DNA from: Candidatus Poribacteria bacterium | GTDB lineage: Bacteria > Poribacteria > WGA-4E > PCPOR2b | NCBI GenBank assembly: GCA_965215015.1 | Contig: OZ244042.1 | Span: 1,120,001 to 1,184,000 of the forward strand | Length of the DNA stretch: 64,000 nt | Reading direction: 5' to 3' | Shown here: in pieces, positions 1 through 12,503 of the stretch | How positions within the stretch are numbered: position 1 is the stretch's first letter | Layout: every line of letters begins with the position of its first letter | Made by a program: the position numbers and the translations under genes | The notes under the pieces: generated by a model | The model's database searches: none | What the model was told of the DNA's origin: nothing | Seen by the model: only the letters and a program-made list of their open reading frames with translations

Positions 1-829
1 TACCTTAGAGCATCTACGTACCTCAGATCTAAATATACGCCCTTATGTTCAAATCAACCTCCCCGAACCTGTTGACATACGGCGAATTGTCATGTACACA
101 ATTGATTCCGAACAGTACCCCGCCGCAAAGTACGGTCTCAAAGACTATCGGATTGAATATTGGCATGGAACAGGCTGGGGATTGATTCCAACAGGCGATA
201 CGAAAGACAGACAGTACACGGCGAGGGATAACACTAAAGGGAAACGAGCGCACAGCATTCGCGGCAAGCTATTTTCCCGACAGATTCGTCTCGTGCCTGT
301 GTCAACAAATGATACCGAGCGGATTTATCAGTATATGTCGCGGGAAAAACCTGTTTATGAGGTCAAAGGGCTTGCGCGAGTCATGGAATTAGAGGTGTGG
401 GGATATCCAATAACAACAGGTCAGACAGTACAAAAGTTGGCTCAAACGTTCGCACCACAGGCAAAAATGCAACCGAGCGACAAAGAGTTAATAAAGGCAG
501 TGCTAGAGAAATATGAAGAGGGATACGACACCGCCAATATCGAGAAAGTCATGTCTTGCTTCTCAGTAAATTACAATTCCAATGGACGGACGTATAATGA
601 TATCCAAGCCAGAGCTGCTGAATTCTTTGAAATACATCATCAAATCAACATGACGCTATCAGGAATCAACATTCACCGGAACGTTATTGATGATACCGTT
701 GTCGTCGCTGGAATCTACACGCTCCAGTATACACCGAAAGACAACGAAAAAGCCAAACAGACTTCTGGGCCCCTGTCGTTGGTCCTAGTAGATACGGACG
801 GTGTGTGGAAAATCATTCGCGCTAATTAA
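1..829 (+). CDS. 5'-truncated protein: discoidin/F5-8 type C-like domain followed by NTF2/SnoaL-like domain
   Basis: The frame of ORF 92..829 is open back to the window edge (TLEHLRTSDLNIRPYVQINLPEPVDIRRIVMY). 'VQINL..P..IRRIV' and 'ARVMELEVWG' resemble discoidin domains. The C-terminal 'IKAVLEKYEEGY..NIEKVMSCFS...DGVWKIIR' is NTF2-like. Confidence 0.6.
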   Translation, partial: TLEHLRTSDLNIRPYVQINLPEPVDIRRIVMYTIDSEQYPAAKYGLKDYRIEYWHGTGWGLIPTGDTKDRQYTARDNTKGKRAHSIRGKLFSRQIRLVPVSTNDTERIYQYMSREKPVYEVKGLARVMELEVWGYPITTGQTVQKLAQTFAPQAKMQPSDKELIKAVLEKYEEGYDTANIEKVMSCFSVNYNSNGRTYNDIQARAAEFFEIHHQINMTLSGINIHRNVIDDTVVVAGIYTLQYTPKDNEKAKQTSGPLSLVLVDTDGVWKIIRAN

Positions 830-858
830 GCCAATGCGGAAACTTTTCCAATTTGTTT

Positions 859-1067
859 AGAACTTACGCAGTTGAACCCTCGAAACCTTGTAGTTCAGCG
901 ATTTATCGGGGGGCGACAGTTCATCCCAAAGTAGTAGGCACGACCCGCCATGCCATCATTGGGACAACGGTTATACCATACAGAGTATACCTACTACTAG
1001 GGGCGATTTATGGCCTATCGGGACGCAGGTTAAATGGCGTTACGACAAACTTAAGGGCGTAACTCCT
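859..1067. repeat. MITE/REP-like intergenic element with imperfect terminal inverted repeats
   Basis: Left end AGAACTTACGCA, right end GGCGTAACTCCT, with internal GTAGTAGGCACG...CCTACTAC REP-like pair. Shares ACTTACGCAGTTGAA with 3883..3967. Confidence 0.5.
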
Positions 1068-1071
1068 ATTG

Positions 1072-2328
1072 TTATTGATCGAAGCTTTCATCTTCCCGGT
1101 AGGGCGCAAGTACCTCATCGATCGACAGGGCGTTGGGAAACCAAGCGACAACTTTGCACAACACTTCGTCAAGCAAGGCATCAGGGCAGGAAGCCCCCGC
1201 TGTCAGAACAATATCAACAGGTTTGCCATTAGGGGGGGGCATCGGCAGCCAATCGGTCGTTTCGCACACAGCTTTTGCGTGAATGTCCCAGTGACGGATG
1301 AACTGAGGCGATTCAATCTCCCCAGCGTCACGAACAAAATAGGTCGACATTTTGCCCTCACACAACTCGACAAGGTGATTGGTGTTGGAAGAATTATATC
1401 CACCTACCACCACGGCTAAGTCGCCGCAGTCTTCAATGAGGGCAAGCGTCGCGTCCTGATTCTCTTTGGTGGCGTAGCAGAGCGTGTCCTTCGTATCCGC
1501 AAAGTGTTCGTTAATACATTCCTCGCCGTATCGCTCTACCATCGCCTGCCGAAGCAGATCGGCAATCGCCTGTGTCTCGGTTGCCAGCATCGTGGTTTGG
1601 TTGACAACACCGATACGCTTCAGGTCGCGATCTGGCTCAAAGCCGGGGGAATAGCTATTCGCAAAATACTTAAAGAAAAACTCTCGGTCAGCCTCGCCGC
1701 GTATTACCCTAGCAAGTTGCTTCACTTCAGCCAGATTCAGCACAACCACCACCGGTGCTCCCGATTTTGCATGAGAGAATGTTGCTCGCGTTTCCTCGTG
1801 ATATCGCTTGCCGTGTACAACGATTGTATAGTTTTGCCTACCAATTTCCGCACTTTTCTTCCACACTTTTTCTACAAAAGGGCAGGTCGTGTTGTAAGTG
1901 TAGGGATTAATGCCCCGCGCATTCAGCTTAGATTGTATCTCCAGTGTCGTTCCAAAGGCGGGCACAATAACTACATCGGCAGGTGTCAATTCAGCGAAGG
2001 GAATCACTTGCTTCCCGGACGTTTCGCATAGGAATCGCACCCCCCGCTTGCGAAGGTCTGCGTTGACGTACGGATTGTGAATCATCTCAGACAGTAGAAA
2101 GATTCGCTTATCCGGATTCTCCTCCAGGGTCCGGTAGGCAATTTCAATTGCGTTCTCAACCCCGTAGCAAAATCCAAAGTGGCGTGCAATCTTGAAACGC
2201 ACCGGACCAAAGTCCAAAACAGAAGGGGTGAGATCGCGTTTCCGGGGGTCTGCCCCCCGGCGGGCTTGCTTCACGACAGAGATGATAGGGCTGCGGTAGA
2301 ATAGCGGGACGTTAAATTCTTTTGGCAT
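1072..2328 (-). CDS. ispH: 4-hydroxy-3-methylbut-2-enyl diphosphate reductase
   Basis: GFCYGVENA, IHNP, TTCPFV, NQTT, DTLCYAT, GGYNSSNT and TAGASCP motifs (three Fe-S cysteines). Confidence 0.95.
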   Translation of the reverse strand: MPKEFNVPLFYRSPIISVVKQARRGADPRKRDLTPSVLDFGPVRFKIARHFGFCYGVENAIEIAYRTLEENPDKRIFLLSEMIHNPYVNADLRKRGVRFLCETSGKQVIPFAELTPADVVIVPAFGTTLEIQSKLNARGINPYTYNTTCPFVEKVWKKSAEIGRQNYTIVVHGKRYHEETRATFSHAKSGAPVVVVLNLAEVKQLARVIRGEADREFFFKYFANSYSPGFEPDRDLKRIGVVNQTTMLATETQAIADLLRQAMVERYGEECINEHFADTKDTLCYATKENQDATLALIEDCGDLAVVVGGYNSSNTNHLVELCEGKMSTYFVRDAGEIESPQFIRHWDIHAKAVCETTDWLPMPPPNGKPVDIVLTAGASCPDALLDEVLCKVVAWFPNALSIDEVLAPYREDESFDQ

Positions 2329-2413
2329 TTCTCACCGTTTCTGCGATCGGTCAATTGGGTCAAGGTTTCTGTATTTGGTTGGACCTTGGAAAACTCAGGA
2401 GGGAAAGGAGGTT

Positions 2414-2681
2414 TTATTGGCTCAGTAGATTTGAGCGATGATAATCTTTCACCTTAAAGCGTGGGTTGACTTCGACTGCGTTTTCAAATTCTACAATGGC
2501 TTTGTCGAGTTCACCTTGCTCCAGGTAGGAAGCCCCAAGATTCTTATATCTTTCTGCAGAGTCCAGGCTTGAGGGCAACCGCTTTTTTACCCTTCTCTAC
2601 CTGATCGCTACCCATCTGAAGACTACAGGCAGACAGAAAACAGCAGATCCCAATGAAGAAAGCGGTAAACAAGGTTTTCAT
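2414..2681 (-). pseudogene. Frameshifted TPR-repeat lipoprotein
   Basis: RBS (GGGAGG) and ATG at 2681 give MKTLFTAFFIGICCFLSAC (lipobox)...KAVALKP. After one extra base near 2563 the frame reads DSAERYKNLGASYLEQGELDKAIVEFENAVEVNPRF (TPR consensus), with stop at 2414. Confidence 0.7.
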
Positions 2682-2696
2682 CTTGCCGCCTCCCTT

Positions 2697-3704
2697 TCAT
2701 TCACTAAAGACCTTCGTAATCTCGTCCGTCTCAAAAATAGGGAGTGGATAACGTTGGCTATCCACCTCAATCCAGCGACCGCTCTCCGGCGGTAGCAGCT
2801 GACCGATAATTTTACAGGGAATATTGCGTTCCGTAATCGCCGCCATCATTTCGCTGCTCTTTGTGGGATCCGCTGCAATCAGCAACGCACCTGAGGAGAT
2901 AACTCCTAACGGATTCAGATCCAATTCACCACAAAGTTGCTCTGTCTCATCTGATATGAGCAGCGTCTCCTGCCAGACGACCACCCCCAAATTTGCAGCA
3001 TGTGCAAGCTCGTGGATGGCTGTTGCGACGCCACCTTCCGTCGGATCGTGCATCGCATGGACACCACCCGTCCCAACAGCAATCTGTGCCTCTTCCAGCA
3101 CTGAAATTCCCGGTGAGATCAAATACTGCTTTGCTCTGCTAAGAAAAGTAGGGGAAAATTTCTCCAGCAGATCGGATTCACGCTCACGGACAATGATTGA
3201 AGTAGCTTCAATGCCAAGCCCTTTCGTCAAGATCAAATCATCCCCCGCTTGTGCACCCGCCGAAATAATTAGTTTATCCTTGTCGACTTCCCCAAGCATC
3301 TGCCCGATAACAATCGGTCGATCTAAACCGTAAGTAATCTCGGTGTGCCCACCGCACAGCGTAATGCCAAAATGCTCACATGCAGCATTGATCTGTTCCA
3401 TAATCCGGCGCACCAACGCTTCAGTCGTCCGGTTCTCCGGTAGAAGAATCGTCGTCAACAGCCATTTTGGAACTGCCCCCATCGTTGCAATATCATTACT
3501 ATTGACGCAGATGAGATACCAGCCAATCTCATCGGTTGCGAAGGTAATCGGATCCGTTTTAGCAACCAGATACGATCCACCGAAGTCTATCACAGCAGCA
3601 TCCTCTCCAATCTTCGGTCCAACAATAACACGGGCATCCCGATGGGGTTGAGGCAAAAGCTGCTGTAACAGATCGATCTTGAGCTTTCCGAGGGGCAGCA
3701 CCAT
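2697..3704 (-). CDS. AIR synthase-related (HypE/PurM-like) family protein
   Basis: GEDAAV, KTDPITF, NDIATMGA, GGHTE and MHDPTEGG motifs. Confidence 0.85.
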   Translation of the reverse strand: MVLPLGKLKIDLLQQLLPQPHRDARVIVGPKIGEDAAVIDFGGSYLVAKTDPITFATDEIGWYLICVNSNDIATMGAVPKWLLTTILLPENRTTEALVRRIMEQINAACEHFGITLCGGHTEITYGLDRPIVIGQMLGEVDKDKLIISAGAQAGDDLILTKGLGIEATSIIVRERESDLLEKFSPTFLSRAKQYLISPGISVLEEAQIAVGTGGVHAMHDPTEGGVATAIHELAHAANLGVVVWQETLLISDETEQLCGELDLNPLGVISSGALLIAADPTKSSEMMAAITERNIPCKIIGQLLPPESGRWIEVDSQRYPLPIFETDEITKVFSE

Positions 3705-3718
3705 TGACGTGAGTCCTG

Positions 3719-3853
3719 TTAAGCGGTGAGGACCTTCCGCCCCCTCGCACGACGTTGAGAGAGAATCTTTCGGCCATCCCGCGTAGACATCCGTTTACGA
3801 AAACCAAACTTGTTTTTTCGTTTGCGACGGTGAGGTTGATATGTACGCTTCAT
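3719..3853 (-). CDS. rpmH: 50S ribosomal protein L34 (absent from ORF track)
   Basis: Manual translation [44 protein letters not shown]; divergent from dnaA as is typical. Confidence 0.97.
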   Translation of the reverse strand: MKRTYQPHRRKRKNKFGFRKRMSTRDGRKILSQRRARGRKVLTA

Positions 3854-3882
3854 CAGCACCTACTCCTAATCTAATCTTAAAT

Positions 3883-3967
3883 AGTACTTACGCAGTTGAA
3901 TGCTCAAAACCCTAAGGAGCCCGTAAGGAACACCGATCGGTGCTCCTTACTGAAGTGCGTAACTTCT
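3883..3967. repeat. Short MITE/REP-like element
   Basis: Ends AGTACTTACGCA / TGCGTAACTTCT enclose the hairpin GTAAGGAACACCGATCGGTGCTCCTTAC (3923..3950). Confidence 0.55.
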
Positions 3968-4181
3968 ACTTAAAATTTCAAATAATCAACTCAAAGCTAA
4001 GGAATGATAGTCTATACGATTAGGATTTGTCAAGCTTTTTCCCACCAATCAATCCTGATTTTCGACTTGATTCATGCTACGTTTCATGATATACTAATGC
4101 ACATCTTACTTAGGGTTAAAAACTAAACCTAACACACGCTAGATAACGGATCTTTCTTAGGTGAGAAGTTTATGGATGATT

Positions 4182-4212
4182 TGTGGATAACCTGTGGATA
4201 ACTTGTGGATCG
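4182..4212. promoter_or_regulatory. DnaA-box cluster upstream of dnaA
   Basis: TGTGGATAA at 4182 and 4193 and variant TGTGGATCG at 4204, at 11-bp phasing. Confidence 0.85.
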
Positions 4213-4308
4213 TTCAATCTCGCCCGACTTTTGCTACGACCTTCTCTTTCCCTTTTACACCCTGAAGAATTGAAAAATAAACCGTGAAAAAATTGGAGCA
4301 TTTTCTAA

Positions 4309-4337
4309 TTGCTTGAATCTGGTTCTTTGGTTATAAT
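4309..4337 (+). promoter_or_regulatory. Putative sigma70 promoter of dnaA
   Basis: TTGCTT-17 bp-TATAAT. A second candidate, TTGATT-17-TATACT, lies at 4067..4095. Confidence 0.55.
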
Positions 4338-4451
4338 ATATTTGCAGCAACCTATTTTCGCTCTTAGTGCGGTATCAATTTCACAGTGATAACCATTCGT
4401 GTCGTTTAGGCTTTCATCTGTTTAAGGAACCCTCCACCCATAGGAACTATT

Positions 4452-5804
4452 ATGATGCGGTATACCCCAGATCAAATCTGGTTGAAAATTCTGTCTGAAT
4501 TGGGCGATACCATTCGTGAAGATGTCTACCTACGCCAAGCCAAACCAATGGCTCTCACAGAAGGTGAACTGACGATTTCAGTGCCAAGTGTATATACACA
4601 GGACCAAATTGCAAGCCGTTTTCTGTCTGACATCAATAGTCTCTTAGAGCAACAGATTGGTGCAAGCTGTCGGCTCAAAATCATTGCTGCACAGTCAGGC
4701 GGAAAAAGGCCCGCCGAGTCGTTGGCCCCGTCTCCCTCCCCTGACGCGACTGATGCGACACCTGCCTCTGAAGCCAGTCTGAATCCCGAACATACTTTCA
4801 ATCGGTTTGTTGTTGGAACAGGTAATCGTTTGAGTCATGCCGCTTCACTTGCTGTGTCAGAAAACCCCGGGAAGATTTATAATCCGCTTTTCATCTACGG
4901 TGGCGTCGGCTTGGGTAAGACTCACCTGCTGCATGCAATCGGAAATCGTGTCCAAGAGATTCATTCCGAGCAGAAAGTCCTCTATATCTCCTCTGAGACC
5001 TTTATGAATGAATACATTGATTCTATCATCACTCGCACAACCGCCTTCGATTTCCGAAGTAAATATCGAACTGTCGATGTGCTCCTTATCGACGACATCC
5101 AGTTCTTACAACGTAAGGAAGGGACTCAGGAAGAATTTTTCCATACTTTTAATGAACTACACCAAAATTCAAATCATATTGTGATGACAAGCGATCGCCC
5201 ACCCAAAAACCTTGAAACTGTCGAAGAACGCTTGCGATCCCGCTTTGAGTGGGGAATGGTTGCTGACATCAGTCCGCCACAATTTGAAACACGGATTGCT
5301 ATCCTTCGCCAGAAATGCGAAGACCAAAATTTGGAAAACGTCCCTGACTCTGTTTTAAGCTATATCGCCGAGGTGATTCACACAAACATTCGGGACTTAG
5401 AAGGCTCGCTCATTCGTGTTGCCGCAGAAGCGAGCCTGTTCAATGAGGAGTTGACTGTTGATTTTGCCCGTAATGTGTTGGACAACGTTACACCACCACC
5501 CGTCCGAATTCCCTATCAAGCCATTACAGCAGAAGATATTCAAAAAGCTGTAGCAAGCTATTTTCGCATCAAAATCGGCGACCTCAAATCCTCTACACGC
5601 ACAAAAGCGGTCGTTGTCCCCAGACAAATTGCTATGTATCTTTGCCGCCAACTCACCAACCTTTCCCTGACGGAAATTGCGGATGCTTTCGGTAGACAAG
5701 ATCACACGACCGTTTTACACGCTAACAATCGAGTCGAAGAAAGCATCCGAACAGATTCAGAACTTTACCAAACAGTTAATTTTTTGATGGAAGATATTAA
5801 ATAA
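4452..5804 (+). CDS. dnaA: Chromosomal replication initiator DnaA
   Basis: YNPLFIYGGVGLGKTHL Walker A, LLIDDIQF, RLRSRFEWG, domain IV RQIAMYL...DHTTVLH. Confidence 0.99.
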   Translation: MMRYTPDQIWLKILSELGDTIREDVYLRQAKPMALTEGELTISVPSVYTQDQIASRFLSDINSLLEQQIGASCRLKIIAAQSGGKRPAESLAPSPSPDATDATPASEASLNPEHTFNRFVVGTGNRLSHAASLAVSENPGKIYNPLFIYGGVGLGKTHLLHAIGNRVQEIHSEQKVLYISSETFMNEYIDSIITRTTAFDFRSKYRTVDVLLIDDIQFLQRKEGTQEEFFHTFNELHQNSNHIVMTSDRPPKNLETVEERLRSRFEWGMVADISPPQFETRIAILRQKCEDQNLENVPDSVLSYIAEVIHTNIRDLEGSLIRVAAEASLFNEELTVDFARNVLDNVTPPPVRIPYQAITAEDIQKAVASYFRIKIGDLKSSTRTKAVVVPRQIAMYLCRQLTNLSLTEIADAFGRQDHTTVLHANNRVEESIRTDSELYQTVNFLMEDIK

Positions 5805-5830
5805 TGGAAACATATTTTGCAAATCGTAAA

Positions 5831-6045
5831 TGTGGATAACCTGTGGATAACCCTGTGGATAACTTGTGGATTGTTTGTGGAAGGATGTGGATAAATATAG
5901 CCCTGTGGATAACTTGTGGATAACTTCAAAAGTTATCCACAAGTTATCCACAGGCTTCCAGTCAGTCGTGGTGTGGGTTTAAGGGACTTATCCACATATC
6001 CACAGGCCCTACTACTACTACTACTTATATATTAATTAATAAGAT
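5831..6045. other. oriC (dnaA-dnaN intergenic) with DnaA boxes, DnaA-trios and AT-rich unwinding region
   Basis: Perfect TGTGGATAA at 5831, 5842, 5854, 5886, 5904, 5915 and TTATCCACA at 5933, 5944, 5988. A near-perfect box ends at 6004, followed by GGCC, (CTA)5 at 6009..6023 and TTATATATTAATTAATAA. Confidence 0.95.
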
Positions 6046-6135
6046 AAAGAGTAGAAAAGAGTATGTAACCGTTATTTGTCTAAAGAGTACTTATGAAGAT
6101 TTAACTTTAAAACATAATTTTTTAGGAGAGAGATA

Positions 6136-7239
6136 ATGCAGTTGATATTCATAAAAGAAGATCTGTTTAGGTGTATTCAAATATTACAGGGAGTTGCCGC
6201 AGGTAGGAATACACTCCCAATATTATCGAATGTCCTAATTCGTGCAGTAGACGGGCAAATCCAAATTGCAGCAACCGATCTTGAAGTTAGCATTCAAATC
6301 GCTGCTCCCGGTACTATCATTGATGAAGGTGCCATTACGGTATCAGCAAGGAAACTTTCTGAAATTGTACGTGAACTACCAGACCAAGAAATCAGACTTT
6401 CAACAACGGCAAACGATCGAATCGAAATTGCCTGTGGGGAAGGGATGTATAAAATTATTGGGCTACCCGATGATGAGTTTCCAGAACTTCCCTCGATTAC
6501 CGGAGATTTCTTTACGATTGATGGTGAAACGCTCTGTTCTATGGTTAATAAAACAGAGTTTTCTGCTTCGACAGAGGAAACACGATACTTCTTAAATGGA
6601 CTGTATTTTGATCTGACACCTGAAATCACTCAAATCGTTGCTACCGATGGGCGGCGCCTTGCCATTGCCTCCAGTGATACGCTGACGCCCCCTCCCCAAG
6701 AACCAATGGGCGTTATCGTTCCACTCAAGGCGGTCCGGGAGATTACCAAAACCTTTGCAGAATCACCGGAGGTCAAGGTCTCTTTGATAGAAAACCAGAT
6801 TATTTTCGCCGATGATGACGCTACCTTAACCTCTCGATTGGTAGAAGGGGAATATCCCAAGTACCAACAGATTATCCCCAGCGATAACGAAATTCACCTG
6901 ACACTTAGTGTTGAAAAAACGCTAGGCGGGTTGAGACGAGTAGCACTGTTATCTAACCCCAAAACCTACTCGATTCGTTTAGATATTCAAGAGGGCAAAG
7001 CGAGGATTTCTGCCAAGACTCCCGAGCTAGGAGAGGCATATGAGACGGTAGATGTCAAAAGCGGCGACGGGGAGATTCAAATCGCATTCGATGCACGTTT
7101 CCTCATAGAAGCCGTGGGACATATTCAAACCGAAGATTTCAGTTTGGAACTCAAGGACTCCCTCAGTGCCGCGGTCTTAAAGCCTGTTGGTGAGGATGGG
7201 CATCTCTGTTTAATCATGCCGATGCGCCTAGAATCGTAA
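6136..7239 (+). CDS. dnaN: DNA polymerase III beta sliding clamp
   Basis: LPILSNVL, ATDLEV, RYFLNG, ATDGRRL, C-terminal LIMPMR; position after dnaA. Confidence 0.98.
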   Translation: MQLIFIKEDLFRCIQILQGVAAGRNTLPILSNVLIRAVDGQIQIAATDLEVSIQIAAPGTIIDEGAITVSARKLSEIVRELPDQEIRLSTTANDRIEIACGEGMYKIIGLPDDEFPELPSITGDFFTIDGETLCSMVNKTEFSASTEETRYFLNGLYFDLTPEITQIVATDGRRLAIASSDTLTPPPQEPMGVIVPLKAVREITKTFAESPEVKVSLIENQIIFADDDATLTSRLVEGEYPKYQQIIPSDNEIHLTLSVEKTLGGLRRVALLSNPKTYSIRLDIQEGKARISAKTPELGEAYETVDVKSGDGEIQIAFDARFLIEAVGHIQTEDFSLELKDSLSAAVLKPVGEDGHLCLIMPMRLES

Positions 7240-7592
7240 GTAGCTGAATTTAGGTGAAGGTGCCTGGGTCAATCTAGGGATTTGGTTTCCAAGCCCGAGG
7301 GGTTGGGAGCCCCGCCCCCTACGCATGGAGAGGCGTTGAGAAGTATACGCATCAAAACCTATTTATGACCACCCCTCAGGTAGGTTATTCCTACGATGTT
7401 ATTTCTAAGGAGGGGAGTTAGCAATTTTCGGGGTGCTATGGGCTGCCCAAATTGTTAGATAATACATCACAGAGCTCCCACGCTTTAGCGTAGAAGCGGT
7501 ATCACTCCGGCTTATGGATCTCATCGAAAACAATCTATAAAAGAGATGCTGCCGAATAGGTCTCCCGTCCACTCTAAAAATGCCTCACAACA

Positions 7593-8768
7593 ATGCGACT
7601 AAACCAACTTGTGTTGCGTAATTTCCGTAGCTATGCTGATTGTGAAATCAATTTCACCGATCGGGTGAACCTTATTGTTGGGGAAAATGCACAGGGGAAA
7701 ACGACGCTGTTAGAAGCAATCTATTTCCTCAGCACAGCGAAATCACACCGAACCTATCCTGATGATGAATTGATACGGCATAACGAAGACTGGTTTTACC
7801 TCAAAGGGAAGATTGTCGCTACAGATGGTTCGCATACGAAGCCAGAGCCCCACAATTTACAACCATTAAATTTGATGACGGTTGAAGTCTCAAACGAGTT
7901 GAACGGAAAGAAGCGTTTAAAGTCGAATGGGGTGCTTCAGAGAAAACTCTCTCAGTGGATTGGCCAATTCAACGTGGTTTTCTTCTCCCCTGAATCACTC
8001 ACTTTAGTCAAAGGCTCACCCGCAGATCGGCGGCGCTTTGTTGATATTTTGATTTCCCAGATCCATTCGGCTTACTTGAATGCTCTCCAAAATTACCAAT
8101 TTGCGCTCAAGCAGCGCAACGAGTTGTTGAAACAGATTCGGGCGAAACGGGCTAGCCCCGAATTCCTCGACCCATGGGATGATATACTCATTACCGAAGG
8201 GGTCTCTATTATCCAAACACGCGTGAGAATTTTTGCACAATTCAAGGCTTATATTCAAGCCAAGCACGCCGAATTGACAGGGAATCGTGAAACACTCAAA
8301 GTGAAATACCAACCTTCTCCTAAAAAAATTGAGAATCTCACGGAACAGGAAGCAGCAGAGCTATTTCGCCGCGGGCTACAATCCGATCGATCTTACGACA
8401 TCCTGCGTGGAATAACTTCATTAGGTCCACACCGGGACGATTTCAAATTGATATTGGAAACCCAGACCGACGGGAAGATGTATCTTCAGGAAGCGAAGGC
8501 TTTTGGATCTCAGGGACAACAACGAACCATCGCTTTAGCCCTTAAACTTGGGGAATTGGAATTAATACATGAAACCACAGGTAAAATTCCAATCGTTCTA
8601 CTAGATGACGTTTTCTCAGAACTGGATGAAGAACGCTCATCGTTCTTATTTGAGTTGTTAGGACGATTGAATGCACAAATATTTATCACTTCGACACGAC
8701 AAGAGACATGGGTGCCAGATCTAGGCGATTGTCGTGTGCTTACGGTGCATAATGGACAAGTCAACTGA
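7593..8768 (+). CDS. recF: DNA replication/repair protein RecF
   Basis: NFRSY, GENAQGKTTLLEA, GPHRDD, SQGQQRT, LLDDVFSELD. Confidence 0.97.
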   Translation: MRLNQLVLRNFRSYADCEINFTDRVNLIVGENAQGKTTLLEAIYFLSTAKSHRTYPDDELIRHNEDWFYLKGKIVATDGSHTKPEPHNLQPLNLMTVEVSNELNGKKRLKSNGVLQRKLSQWIGQFNVVFFSPESLTLVKGSPADRRRFVDILISQIHSAYLNALQNYQFALKQRNELLKQIRAKRASPEFLDPWDDILITEGVSIIQTRVRIFAQFKAYIQAKHAELTGNRETLKVKYQPSPKKIENLTEQEAAELFRRGLQSDRSYDILRGITSLGPHRDDFKLILETQTDGKMYLQEAKAFGSQGQQRTIALALKLGELELIHETTGKIPIVLLDDVFSELDEERSSFLFELLGRLNAQIFITSTRQETWVPDLGDCRVLTVHNGQVN

Positions 8769-9252
8769 GAAAACTGAACGGATCGATCTGCTCCTTGACG
8801 GGCTGATTCGTGATTTCGGATTAGATCACAAGGTTCTTGAAACGAAAGTCTTTGCCGCTTGGAAAGGAGCAGTTGGGGTGCTGATTGCCCGTAACACCCA
8901 ACCAATTTCACTAATTAATGGGAAATTAACCGTTTATGCCGCTGCCCATGTCTGGGTCAACGAACTTCAGATGTTAAGGGGGCAAGTGATTCCCAAAATC
9001 AATAAAGCTGTCAGTTGCCCCGCTGTGAAAACATTGGAATTTTCCGTTAAGCCGATTCATTCGTCAACATCTCCAAAAATTCAACGTTTTCAACAGCAGA
9101 AACGTCTAAAACTAGAAAATGTTGAGTTAGATTCAGAGACATTAGAACGTATTAACCAGGCCATTGCATCGGTTGAAGATCCAGATCTGAAAGTGCGCTT
9201 AAAGCAGCTTTTTATTAAACAGAGCCAACGCGCCTTAATTGATAAAAAATAA
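8752..9252 (+). CDS. dciA: DUF721/DciA family replicative helicase loader
   Basis: 'W..AVG..IA.NTQP....NG.L.V......W..EL' pattern and recF-DUF721-gyrB synteny; likely start is the ATG at 8752. Confidence 0.75.
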   Translation: MDKSTEKTERIDLLLDGLIRDFGLDHKVLETKVFAAWKGAVGVLIARNTQPISLINGKLTVYAAAHVWVNELQMLRGQVIPKINKAVSCPAVKTLEFSVKPIHSSTSPKIQRFQQQKRLKLENVELDSETLERINQAIASVEDPDLKVRLKQLFIKQSQRALIDKK

Positions 9253-9488
9253 TAGAATTGGTTCATATAAAAAGAAGGTGCAAAGCATCCGCGAGTTAAC
9301 GCGAATCTACGAAAATAAAAAAGAAAGACTAAAGACGGGCAATCACAAGAGTTATCCCTACAACCCGCCCAAAACCCGAAATGTTCGGGCAGAGAGACCG
9401 CGCCCCCGATAAATCGGACTGCAAGTACCTACGATTGCTGTTGCACAATTTCTTTACATAAGCGATAGAATTTTGACGAAAGGAGTAG

Positions 9489-11948
<2,460 letters not shown>

Positions 11949-11949
11949 G

Positions 11950-12441
11950 ATGTCAATTGAGGTCGTGAACTGGCGTGACGATGGGGTGCGAATCGTCCGC
12001 AGCAATCAGCTAGATATGAATACCCCGCAGACCCCCGGCATGACCCGTGCTGCTGCTATCAATCATGCGACCGCCGGTGCTAACAAACTCTGGGCTGGCA
12101 CGGTGAATATCCAACCCAACGCCAAAACTGGCGCACACCATCATGGAGCATTAGAGAGCATTATCTATGTCGTGAATGGACGCGCCCGTATGCGGTGGGG
12201 CGAGCAGCTTGAATTTGTCGCAGAGGCGGGACCAGGCGATTTTATCTATGTGCCCCCTTTTGTGCCGCACCAAGAAATCAACGCGGGCACAAACGAACCT
12301 CTTCTCTGTGTCTTAGTGCGGAGCGATCAAGAGCCGATTGTCATCAGCTTGGATATTGAACCAGTAGAGCCACCAGAGGAAGTCTATTGGGTTGACCCGA
12401 TCCACCCTGAACCAAAGGGAATAGAAAAAGGGAATAAGTAG
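11950..12441 (+). CDS. RmlC-like cupin domain protein
   Basis: TGAHHHGALESIIYV and GPGDFIYVPPFVPHQEIN cupin motifs; ATG 1 bp after the gyrB stop. Confidence 0.85.
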   Translation: MSIEVVNWRDDGVRIVRSNQLDMNTPQTPGMTRAAAINHATAGANKLWAGTVNIQPNAKTGAHHHGALESIIYVVNGRARMRWGEQLEFVAEAGPGDFIYVPPFVPHQEINAGTNEPLLCVLVRSDQEPIVISLDIEPVEPPEEVYWVDPIHPEPKGIEKGNK

Positions 12442-12503
12442 TTACTGGTTTTTAATAAAATGCTTGGACGGAATGGGGGTAAGACGCAAAGAAAAGAAAA
12501 CGA
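12433..12503 (+). repeat. About 70-bp dispersed repeat, copy 1 (copy 2 at 22272..22341)
   Basis: AATAAGTAGTT.CT..TTTTAATAAAA.GCTTGGACG.AA.GGGG.TAAG.CGCAAA..AAAGAAAACGA at both loci. Confidence 0.7.

Noticed and set aside
5757-5951. 64-aa minus-strand ORF after dnaA
   Set aside because: It is a translation of the DnaA-box array in oriC.
7471-7505. GAGCTCCCACGCTTTAGCGTAGAAGCGGTATCAC resembling an IS605 right end
   Set aside because: Too short and degenerate, with no adjacent tnpB sequence recognised.
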